Origin: a virus | Lineage: Duplodnaviria; Caudoviricetes | IMG/VR virus record: IMGVR_UViG_3300006117_000001 | Location: 1,559 to 65,558 of that record | Direction: 5' to 3' (one strand) | Length of the DNA: 64,000 bases | Part shown: positions 30,181 through 39,272 of the stretch, piece after piece | Layout of the letters: every line of letters starts with the position of its first letter | Position numbering within the stretch: position 1 is the stretch's first letter | The notes under the pieces: generated by a model | The model's database searches: none | What the model was told of the DNA's origin: nothing | The model's input: only the letters and a program-made list of their open reading frames with translations | Program-made: the position numbers and the translations under genes

Positions 30181-30451
30181 AAAAGTTTTTTAGGACCCAA
30201 TAGTCCAGCCATTTCCCTAACGGAACGCGTATTTTGTTTTGGATACCCGCTGGTAAATTTTGAATATTGATGGTGTCTTCTGTAAGCTGCAAACGAAACT
30301 GCAAAAACTTACAAGTGTCTTTATCTAATATTTCAGCGGGAACATCTACTATTTCCAGATTGTTTAAGTCGCATACCACAACCCGCAAGCCTTTAAACTC
30401 ACCGATGGCGTTTTCCAACGCACCTTGGATTTGGTATACATAATCATTCAT
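30143..30451 (-). CDS. Hypothetical protein
   Basis: MNDYVYQIQG...; ATG 6 nt after GCGTATTAGT. Confidence 0.55.
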   Translation of the reverse strand: MNDYVYQIQGALENAIGEFKGLRVVVCDLNNLEIVDVPAEILDKDTCKFLQFRLQLTEDTINIQNLPAGIQNKIRVPLGKWLDYWVLKNFYGNFGNREGINP

Positions 30452-30457
30452 ACATTC

Positions 30458-30467
30458 ACTAATACGC
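30458..30467 (-). promoter_or_regulatory. -10-only phage promoter GCGTATTAGT
   Basis: Exact decamer without upstream TTAGGGCG. Confidence 0.6.
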
Positions 30468-30492
30468 ACAATTTTTCAAAAAAAAAAATTTT

Positions 30493-30805
30493 TGCCACAC
30501 TTTGCCACACTTCTGCCACACTTTAAATCGCATTTTTGGGCAAAGTGTGGCAGTAAAAAACCAGTTTAAAATCAAAAGGTTACAAGCGTTTTGCTTAAAA
30601 ATTAAGCACAAATTGCCACACTTTGTTTCGTTTTTTCCAAGTCGATACTCTACTATTCTTTTTTCTTTTTTAAAAAATAAAAATAAAAATAGAAAATAAG
30701 TGTGGAAGTGTGGCAATTAGGGGTTAAGTCTTTGATATATAAGGCTTATTGCATTGCAGCAAAGTGTGGAAGAAGTGTGGCAGAAGTGTGGCAATTGCCA
30801 CACTT
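30493..30805. repeat. Origin-like element copy 1 (TGCCACACTT iterons, AT-rich core, two IHF sites)
   Basis: About 11 iterons in both orientations; A/T core at ~30655-30700; WATCAANNNNTTR at 30570-30582 (+) and 30725-30737 (-). Confidence 0.75.
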
Positions 30806-30964
30806 TCCACATTGTGAAAAAAAAATACACAAACTCATGGTTGCTCAGGGGCCCGGCCGGCAGGGTAGGGGGTACTTTATTTAGGGGTATCGGTTTTTAG
30901 AAAACCCCCCTATAAGCTAAAAAGGAGGGCCATAGCAAATTACCGACCCAGCAACCTGGCAGCC

Positions 30965-31164
30965 AGCCATAGTGAGTACTCACTAACATAGCCAGCCCAG
31001 CCACTTAGCCATAGTGAGTACTCACTAACATAGCTAAGCGCTGCACTCTAGTGAGTAAGCACTCACCTACTTAGGCCAACGTGGCAGCGTGGTGATGTGA
31101 GTACTTACTAACATAGGCCAGACTATCGCGCTGCCATTGTGGTAAGTAAGTGCCTACTAACATA
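30965..31164. repeat. Array of five SlmA-type palindromic sites
   Basis: GTGAGTACTCAC exact at 30972 and 31014; variants at 31055, 31097 and 31146. Confidence 0.7.
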
Positions 31165-31198
31165 ATGGCAGCGTGGCCAGGTTAGAGTGTTGGCTGCG

Positions 31199-31255
31199 TG
31201 CCCTCGTTTGGTGCACTGGCTGAGTGGCAGTTAAGAAGGGCACTGATTTGGTGCA
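31199..31255. promoter_or_regulatory. Two NtrC/Fis-like boxes
   Basis: TGCCCT-N5-GGTGCA (31199) and GGCACT-N5-GGTGCA (31239) versus consensus TGCACC-N5-GGTGCA. Confidence 0.45.
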
Positions 31256-31340
31256 CTGGCTGCGTGGTGATCTAGGCGCGCGTGAGAAGCCTAGGTGCAA
31301 GGTGCACTTGAATAAACAGATTACCCGATTACCTGGCAAC

Positions 31341-31396
31341 CTATTAGGGTTTACCCTATTAGGGTTTTTAGTTTGCAAACCTAGGGTTTATACCTA
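31341..31396. repeat. TAGGGTTT repeats / palindrome TAGGGTTTACCCTA
   Basis: CTATTAGGGTTT at 31341 and 31356; CTAGGGTTT at 31381. Confidence 0.55.
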
Positions 31397-31475
31397 TGTA
31401 TCTATATAGTATTACCCCGTTATATTGTACACATGGCAGCAATTAAGCGGCCATTATATGAGAGGAATTACCATC

Positions 31476-32126
31476 ATGACTATTAAACTAAGTAAGACAA
31501 GCAAACTAGACGGCATTATGTCTTGGTCTTTACAGGCCTTAGATACATGCCCTGGCAGCAAGGCCAAGGACGGCGGCTTAGTAGACGCGTGTCGCGGCTG
31601 CTATGCCACAACCGGCAATTATCGTTTTAAGAATGTCAAAGCGCCGCGCGAATTTAATCGTGAAGACTGGCAGCGTGGCGAATGGGTTAGTGACATGATC
31701 CAGGCCTTAGACTCATCGCGCTATTTTAGATGGTTTGATAGCGGCGACATGTATTCGATTGATTTGGCTAAGAAAATGTTGCAAGTGATGGAGGCAACAC
31801 CATGGGTAAAACATTGGATGCCTACTAGAATGCATAAGTTTGCTAAATTCGCGCCAGTCATTGCCAAAATGGAGGCGCTGCCGAATGTAGTCGTTCGCCG
31901 CTCTTCAGATAGTATAAGCGGCCAAGTAATACCTGGCGCGACATCGTCCACAATCATAAGCGGCCAGGATCAATTGCCAGCCGGCGCGACATTGTGCCGC
32001 GCTTATGAGCATGGCGGCACTTGTAACGGCTGCCGCGCATGTTATGACAAAGCCGCGACAGTCATCGCCTATATGGCGCATGGCAAGAGCATGGCCAAGG
32101 TAATCCGCATAATGGAGGCCGCATAA
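31476..32126 (+). CDS. GP88-family Cys-rich protein (radical-SAM-like fold)
   Basis: TSKL..WSL.A..TCPGS...C.GCYA...FRWFDSGD...HWMPTR...C.GCRAC. Confidence 0.75.
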   Translation: MTIKLSKTSKLDGIMSWSLQALDTCPGSKAKDGGLVDACRGCYATTGNYRFKNVKAPREFNREDWQRGEWVSDMIQALDSSRYFRWFDSGDMYSIDLAKKMLQVMEATPWVKHWMPTRMHKFAKFAPVIAKMEALPNVVVRRSSDSISGQVIPGATSSTIISGQDQLPAGATLCRAYEHGGTCNGCRACYDKAATVIAYMAHGKSMAKVIRIMEAA

Positions 32127-34863
32127 TGTTTATTGTCTTTTATCGTTATCGCGGCGAAGAGTTAAACGCGACATTTAAAACAATACGCAAGGCGAAGCAA
32201 TTCGCCAGGGTTACCGGCGGCAAAATTGAAAGCCGCCTAACTAGTCATATTTGGGGGGTTTAATTATGAGTACATTGCACAAGATCGCTGCCATTCAATT
32301 AAATAGTAAGCGGCCGCCGTCTCATGCGCTTATTATGAGAATGGCCGGGGTTTACCTGGCAGCCGGGCATAAGGCCATGGATATATCTTGGCGCGGCCAG
32401 TCAATAGAATTAACTTATCATGACGCGCGCGGCCAATGGTACGGCCAGGGCATTATTAATAATGAGTACGGCGACAATATTGCAGATGAATTAAACCATA
32501 TTAAACAATTTGTCCTAGATCATTTTCAGATTGTCACTATGGGGGCAAACCATGCTTAAAATTTTATTGTCATACATTGTGGATCTATTAGGGTATATCC
32601 TAATTGCGCTCATATGGTGCGGCGTTATTCTTGCACTATTCGATTGTTTATAGGAGGTTTGATTATGTACTATTGCAACGGGCATTATTTTGACCAGTAC
32701 CAAGAGGCGCGCCGGTATGCTGATTTTCTGTTACGTCATGCCGGCATATATCGCGCTATTTTTACCCGCGCTGAAATAGAGGCGCATAATTTAGAGGGAG
32801 CATTATTATGACTAGATCTATCCAATCAATAGCCGCTCAGGCGCGGCGCGAGGCGCTCAGCGCCGGCTTACCATGCGGCCAATATACCTATTCTGATCCG
32901 CTCAAGATCGAAAATAGATATCAGAGCGAAGGCGGAGCAATACGCGAGCAATATGGATCTATTGCCAATTGGAATGCATGGGAGCGCGTACATGTAAGAG
33001 AGCGCGCAACAGGCCGAACTGTATTTGATAACGAAGTGGCCAAGATTACCGGCATGACATTACACGCAACACCGGCCGAGGTATTGGCCGTTTTAGATCA
33101 ATCTATTTATGAGGTGAAAGCATGATTACATTAGACGAAATGCATATTATTGAAGGCGATACAACGGCCACAACCCAGCAATATTATGAGGCCATACAGA
33201 AAGCTATTAATACTGGTTTATGGGGTATGCAGGGATCATACGGCCGTACAATGATGGCCGCGATTAACGAGGGTTATTGCATGCTCGGTCAAAATGACGC
33301 GCGCGACTATTGGGGTAATTATATACCATCACGCGACCAGGTACAGGCCGGTACAAAGGGATCATTCGATTTTGTTGCGAAGCAATGCGGCGAAGGATGG
33401 GCAGAATATATGAGCGAGGTGAAATAATGAACGCAGATAAAATTAAAGCAATGGTATCGGATCTTAATTATCAGTACTCTAATTTAGTGGAGGCCTCAGT
33501 AGAAGAGGCTTTAGATGAGCGGCCTAATTATGAATGCGACACCATGTTTGCAGAAATTCAAACATTAGTTAAATTGATATATAAAGAATTGGAGGCATGA
33601 TGAAAACTAATTATTCACATTTAGAAATTGCAATAGAGTGCGCATGGCAAATTGGAGATTCCCTTAAAAATTTACCGCGCGCTGAAAGCCGGTGGCTAGT
33701 GGCCGACATTACCAATCGCATTATTGAGGACGGCCTTATTACACCGGAGAGCGAAGATATAGACGAATTAATTGCAGCATGGATTGAGACTAATCTTAAG
33801 GAGACAGTATGATGACTAGGTTAGACGCATTTTGGATTTTATTGGCATTACTTATTACAACGCAGCTAGTATGGTATTTCACTAAATAGGGAGAATAGCA
33901 TGAGAAAATTTAGCAGACAGACAATTGACTTAATGGGAGCATATGCCAGTGGTTATTCATACGGACGTGCTGGCCTGGAATTAAACCAATTATGGGACGA
34001 AGACGAAGAAGGGCATATGTGGGAAGTACTAGGGCATAGCTATGGCATAGAGGATCTTAAAATGTTTGGAAAACTAGAGGGAAAAGTATATGACGCACAC
34101 CATTAAATTTAACTCAATCCATGAGATGCTATTGTGGATTGTTGAAAACAATATTTATGATGTACCTGTAGATCTAACCTTAAAATTAGGAGAATGAACC
34201 ATGCTGCAAGAAATCACTATGCGTCAAATTGACGATTACTTTCAAAAATCAGGTATTAGTGACATTGACGAACTAGGAGCAGTAGATCGTCAGATCAAAG
34301 ACCTAGAAGCTATCAAGGCCAAGTTAAAAGCTAGGATACTATCTAGAGGTACAGGCTTTCACAAGGGCTCAGAATTTATTGCGGAGGTTCAGGAATACGA
34401 TAGAGCAACGATTAGTCCTATCTTGGTTAAAGAGTTTGGTACTACTGATTTTGTGCAGCAAGTAACTCAGGTGCAACATATTAAAGCAGTATTGGTAAAA
34501 CGAATTGACTAATTATCGCTATGCCGTAGTAGATGAGTTTGGTGGGGTAATGCGTAAGTTTGCTAGTAAGATCGAGGCGCAGCCCTACTTAACCCATGGT
34601 ACTAAGCTTATTGCTTTACCTAAGCAACCAAAAACGCAGCCGTATGAAATAGTAGTGCTTACTTTACCCGAGGCCTTAATATGAAATTGATTGGTGGATT
34701 GATTTGTTTTTTAGCGATGTACGGATTTAGTGTACAGGTTACCTTAACTGGTATACTATGGATGTTGTTTGGTATAGTTTTAATTACCATTCCGGCAGTA
34801 TTGGAAGGTTTTATGCGCACTGAACGATTCATTCATAGGAGCAATAAAAGGAATGTCAAGTAA
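32126..34863 (+). other. Cluster of small, tightly coupled early ORFs
   Basis: ORFs at 32126, 32266, 32808, 33122, 33597, 33900, 34201 and 34681 among others, many with GGAG/GAGG RBS; functions unknown. Confidence 0.6.
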
Positions 34864-35422
34864 CGATTTTTTAACAGACTATCTCAAATCCCTCTATGGC
34901 ATACCAGTTCTTGACTCTAAAGACGAGTACCTTTTAGCACAACGTATCGCACAAGGCGATGATGAAGCACTAGAAACCCTAGTTCGCCATAATCTGCGCT
35001 TTGTGGTCTTTACTGTTCGCAAACTGACTGCCTGGAATCATTCTCGAGTACCACAAGAAGATCTGATTGGAATGGGCAACGTTGCATTACTCAAGGCCGC
35101 ATCACAATGGCAACCAACGAACGGAGCGAAGTTCGCAACGTACGCAAAAGGTTTTATATTGCGTGGTATTGAGCGCGGCCTAGATAATACCGAAAACCTG
35201 ATCCGTATTCCAATAAAAACGAGAGAAGAAATTCGCAAGATGACTTATACTGAAAGAGCACTTACTCAAGCTTTAGGAAGAGTGCCAACAGTAAACGAAT
35301 TGGCCTCGCTGCTAGGCAAAACGACTAAGAGAATAAACCAGCTTAAGTTCTTTTTGCACCAAGAGCCGACCAGTTTAGACGCAATGCAGTTAGACAAAAT
35401 GGAAGAGAACGAGGATGATTGA
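34853..35422 (+). CDS. Sigma70-family factor with regions 1.2, 2 and 3 only
   Basis: YLKSL..IPVL...E..LA (1.2), HNLRFVV / DLI..GN.ALLKAA / KFATYA (2), IRIP...LGRVPT..ELA...SLD (3), then stop. Confidence 0.85.
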   Translation: MSSNDFLTDYLKSLYGIPVLDSKDEYLLAQRIAQGDDEALETLVRHNLRFVVFTVRKLTAWNHSRVPQEDLIGMGNVALLKAASQWQPTNGAKFATYAKGFILRGIERGLDNTENLIRIPIKTREEIRKMTYTERALTQALGRVPTVNELASLLGKTTKRINQLKFFLHQEPTSLDAMQLDKMEENEDD

Positions 35423-35738
35423 TTTAACCGATGAGCAGAAAAAAGCATATCAAAGATTCATTATTGCAAGAGATCGGGTTCGTATTGGTTCGTACGGCAA
35501 AGGTAAAAAGGGAGAGCGAATTCCCCAATCTGACGTAGTGTGTACTGTAGATTTGGCAGGGATGAACCACCCAGTATTTGAACAAAATGATGAATGGCTA
35601 GAATACAAGGCAGCATCATTGGCCTGGTGGGCAATTGAGCCAGATTTTAGAAAGACAGAACGGATGAGTATGATCCGAGGCGATTATGACGACTCAGACC
35701 AATGGAAAGACAAACAGACCGGTGTTAAGGAGATATAG
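35415..35738 (+). CDS. Hypothetical protein
   Basis: 107 aa ORF coupled to the sigma gene. Confidence 0.55.
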   Translation: MIDLTDEQKKAYQRFIIARDRVRIGSYGKGKKGERIPQSDVVCTVDLAGMNHPVFEQNDEWLEYKAASLAWWAIEPDFRKTERMSMIRGDYDDSDQWKDKQTGVKEI

Positions 35739-36335
35739 ATGCGTGTATTAGTAGCGTGTGAATTTAGTGGTACTGTGCGCGATGCTTTTATTAAGGCTGG
35801 GCACGATGCCATGAGCTGTGATTTAGAGCCAACAGATCAGCCAGGGCCTCATTACCAAGGTGATGTATTTGATATTATTGATGATGGGTGGGATTTGATG
35901 ATTGCGCACCCACCATGCACCCACCTTGCCGTATCTGGTGCGGCCCATTTTGCCAAGAAACGAGCAGATGGGAGGCAGCAGCAAGGTATTGATTTTTTTA
36001 TGGCGCTTGCTAACTGCAACATACCAAAATATGCTATTGAAAACCCAATTGGGATTATGAGTAGTAATTGGCGCAAACCAAATCAAATCATACAACCTTG
36101 GCAGTACGGCCACCGCACTACTAAAGCAACCTGTCTTTGGTTAAAAAATTTGCCTTTACTTCAACCCACTAATATTGTAGATAAAGGGGAAGTATGGGTG
36201 GCTAAAAGCGGAAAAAGAATGTCTAAATGGTTTTATGAATCATCTTGCTTGCCGCCGAGAGAGAGAGAGAGAATGCGTAACAAAACATTTCAAGGCATAG
36301 CAGACGCTATGGCAGATCAATGGGGAAAATTATGA
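35739..36335 (+). CDS. Short DNA cytosine-C5 methyltransferase-like protein
   Basis: VLVACEFSG, HPPC (motif IV), IENP (VI), KTFQGIA.AMA.QWG end. Confidence 0.75.
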   Translation: MRVLVACEFSGTVRDAFIKAGHDAMSCDLEPTDQPGPHYQGDVFDIIDDGWDLMIAHPPCTHLAVSGAAHFAKKRADGRQQQGIDFFMALANCNIPKYAIENPIGIMSSNWRKPNQIIQPWQYGHRTTKATCLWLKNLPLLQPTNIVDKGEVWVAKSGKRMSKWFYESSCLPPRERERMRNKTFQGIADAMADQWGKL

Positions 36336-36532
36336 AAAGAGTGGTTCCAACCGATGTATATGACAAAGACGGCAATATGACCAAGATTGAGGTGACTGAT
36401 ACCTCAGGTAACCACATAGCCGATTTTTTGTGGGATGAACGTGATGAGCAGACCAGTGAGAATAGAGTTAAGTTCCGAGAGTGGTGCTATGACTTTTTGC
36501 AGCGCAACAAGCAATTTGAGGTGGCAAGGTAA
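36320..36532 (+). CDS. Hypothetical protein
   Basis: ~66-70 aa ORF ending at the origin-like repeat. Confidence 0.5.
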   Translation: MGKIMKRVVPTDVYDKDGNMTKIEVTDTSGNHIADFLWDERDEQTSENRVKFREWCYDFLQRNKQFEVAR

Positions 36533-36533
36533 C

Positions 36534-36849
36534 TGCCACACTTTGCCACACTTCTGCCACACTTTAAACCGCATTTTTGGGCAAAGTGTGGCAGTGACAA
36601 AAAGCTTTTAGAATCAAAGAGTTACAGAGGTTTTTTGGTCATTTTGGGTCGAAATTGCCACACTTCCAGTGAAAAAACGCAAGTCGCTATGCCACTCTAT
36701 CTTTTTATTTTTTTTTATTTTTAAAACTAAAATAAGAAAAGAGTGTGGAAGGTGTGGCAATAGTACCCTAAGTGCTTGATATATAAGGATTATTGCACTG
36801 CAGCAAAGTGTGGCAGAAGTGTGGCAGAAGTGTGGCAATTGCCACACTT
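36534..36849. repeat. Origin-like element copy 2
   Basis: Same iteron order as copy 1; IHF consensus at 36612-36624 (+) and 36769-36781 (-); directly upstream of the primase-helicase. Confidence 0.8.
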
Positions 36850-36947
36850 GTAGGACAAATACCTACAAGCCGCTAAAAGTATCTTGTAATATGAAATTGG
36901 TGTATTACCGAACTGCGTATCAGTTCAGGTAAGCAAAGAGGAAGAAG

Positions 36948-39272
36948 ATGTTAGAAAAACCAGCAGCACTACCAGTTAGTTTTGAGAATATCCCGGTAGA
37001 TCTAAAGATGATCCCCAGGTTCTGCCTATGGAAATACACCCTTGTTGGTGAGGGAGACACACAGAAATGGTCTAAACTACCAGTCCAGCCTAGTGGTAAA
37101 GCAGCAAAATCAACCGATCCAGCAACCTGGACAGACTTTTTTACAGCCCAAAAGGCCTATGAGAATGGCAACTTCTCAGGCATAGGCTTTGTCTTTACTG
37201 GCGATGATGACCTCATTGGCGTAGACATTGACGATTGCAGAGACCCTATTAGCGGAGATCTGAATGAGCTAGCTACCAACATCATAGCCAACGTCAAGGG
37301 ATATTGCGAAATCAGTCCCTCAGGTACTGGTGTCAAGATATTTACCAGAGCAAACCTGCAAAATGCCCACGTAGACCACGAAATTGGGTTAGAAGTCTAC
37401 GCAAAATCTCGGTATTTTACCCTCACAGGCCATAAAATAGGCGGTGATCTGCCCAGTGAGCCACAAGACCTCACTGCCCATGTGCCCGCCCGCACACTTA
37501 TCCGTACAAGTTCAGATGATGAGTTTGCTAACTACACACCGCCAGTTGAAGGTTGGGATCTAGCTCGCGTTGACAATGAGCTTTTAAGCCAATTAGACCC
37601 CTCTTGTGGCTACGATGACTGGCTAGCTGTGGGGATGGCCTTATCGCACCAATTTGGAGGCGATATAGAGGCTCTGGAGGCTTGGGATAGCTGGTCTTGT
37701 GAGCATGGGCAGAACCCAAAATACGTAGCTAGCGGAATGAACTCTTGCGCTGCAAAATGGCGCACATTTAAAGGCGGAGGCACCACACTGCGCTCACTGA
37801 TCTTCAAGGTGAATCAAAAAAAGCTCAAAGCTGCCCTTGATGCTGGTGAAATTGTGCTCGACATCTCCAATCCACTAGATCATGCCCGCAAATTTCTACA
37901 ATCCTTGTATGCGATTGAGGGTGGCTTTAAATTAGTACACCATGCCCAAGAGTTTTTTGTCTACACTGGGACACATTACAGCTTTATTGAAGAGGCCACA
38001 GTGCGCTCCCAGGTGTATAAGTTTTTGGATCGCTGCCAAAAACAAGACAAAAAGGGCAATTTAGTCCCATTTAACGCAAATCCTGCGGTGGTTAATGCCG
38101 TAATCGACGCATTAAAGTCGATTGTCCACCTTGCTAATGACCCCAACGGAAGGCCACCAGTTTGGCTAGATGGGTATGCTCAAAACAACCCGCCTGCCAA
38201 CCAGCTTATCAGTATGACTAATGGATTGTTTCAGATGGATCAGTTGGTGCTTTATCCGCACTCACTAGGCTTTTTTACTTACAACTCTCTGCCATTTGAA
38301 TACGACCCACAGGCACAGTGTCCTCACTGGCTCGCTTTCTTAGATGATGTGTGGGGTAATGACATCGAGTCTAAAGAGTTGCTGCAAGAGTATTTTGGAT
38401 ACATTTTGTCCGGCGATACAGCCCAGCAGAAATTTTTGAACGTGATTGGTCCGCGTCGTAGCGGCAAGGGCACTATCAACAAAGTGCTCACCGAACTGCT
38501 TGGTCAGCACAATGTGGTCTCGCCTCAGATGGAAGAGCTTTGCGACACGTTTGGTTTGCAACCTTGGATAGGCAAACAGCTAGCATCATTTACAGATGCG
38601 CGGGTAACAACCAAGAATGGCGCTGGTGTTGTGTCTCAGTTGTTACGCATTGTGGGTGGCGACACAGTGACAGTAAACCGCAAGAACAAAGAGGCTTGGA
38701 GTGGTTACCTACCAACCAGGATCATTGTGTACTCCAATGAGATGTTGCGGCTATCAGAAAACAGTAATGCACTCACAGGCAGGATGTTGGTGCTCACCAT
38801 GACAAACAGCTTTTATGGCAAAGAGGACGTTGGCCTTGCAGACCGCCTGATTGCTGAACTAGCTGGCATTTTTAACTGGGCGTTGCAAGGACATAGCCGC
38901 CGCACCAGTAGAGTGGGTCAGCGTTTTGTGCAGCCAGAGTCTAGCAAGAGCATGGTAGAAGAGATGACTAAGCTGTCTAATCCATTGGCAGAGTTTATTG
39001 AAGACGCCGTTGAGTTTGTAGAGGATCATGAAGTCAATAAGGACGATGTGTTTGCTTGTTATAAACATTGGGCGATTAAAAAGAATCTACACCCTGGCAC
39101 AGAGATGTCCTTTAAAACCCGCTTTACTTCTACAACGCAAGAGTTTAAAGTAAAGACTAACCGCAGACGTACTGCCAATGGATCAGAGTGGACTTATGTG
39201 GGAATTAGGCTCAAAGATAAAGCGCAGGCCTTTGTGGATTCAATCAGTGAGTTTGAGCGTGAAATCTTTTAA
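36948..39272 (+). CDS. Primase-polymerase / PriCT-2 / D5-type SF3 helicase
   Basis: GVDIDDC and EISPSGTG prim-pol motifs; YDDWLAVGMAL; Walker A GPRRSGKGT. Confidence 0.88.
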   Translation: MLEKPAALPVSFENIPVDLKMIPRFCLWKYTLVGEGDTQKWSKLPVQPSGKAAKSTDPATWTDFFTAQKAYENGNFSGIGFVFTGDDDLIGVDIDDCRDPISGDLNELATNIIANVKGYCEISPSGTGVKIFTRANLQNAHVDHEIGLEVYAKSRYFTLTGHKIGGDLPSEPQDLTAHVPARTLIRTSSDDEFANYTPPVEGWDLARVDNELLSQLDPSCGYDDWLAVGMALSHQFGGDIEALEAWDSWSCEHGQNPKYVASGMNSCAAKWRTFKGGGTTLRSLIFKVNQKKLKAALDAGEIVLDISNPLDHARKFLQSLYAIEGGFKLVHHAQEFFVYTGTHYSFIEEATVRSQVYKFLDRCQKQDKKGNLVPFNANPAVVNAVIDALKSIVHLANDPNGRPPVWLDGYAQNNPPANQLISMTNGLFQMDQLVLYPHSLGFFTYNSLPFEYDPQAQCPHWLAFLDDVWGNDIESKELLQEYFGYILSGDTAQQKFLNVIGPRRSGKGTINKVLTELLGQHNVVSPQMEELCDTFGLQPWIGKQLASFTDARVTTKNGAGVVSQLLRIVGGDTVTVNRKNKEAWSGYLPTRIIVYSNEMLRLSENSNALTGRMLVLTMTNSFYGKEDVGLADRLIAELAGIFNWALQGHSRRTSRVGQRFVQPESSKSMVEEMTKLSNPLAEFIEDAVEFVEDHEVNKDDVFACYKHWAIKKNLHPGTEMSFKTRFTSTTQEFKVKTNRRRTANGSEWTYVGIRLKDKAQAFVDSISEFEREIF

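Noticed and set aside
30459-30884. Short ORFs over the origin-like repeats (also 36614-36847)
   Set aside because: Low-complexity translations of iterons and A/T tracts.
30965-31164. Mini-CRISPR array (28-bp palindromic repeat at 30965 and 31007)
   Set aside because: The spacer is only about 14 bp, later copies degenerate quickly and no cas genes are nearby; it fits protein-binding sites better.
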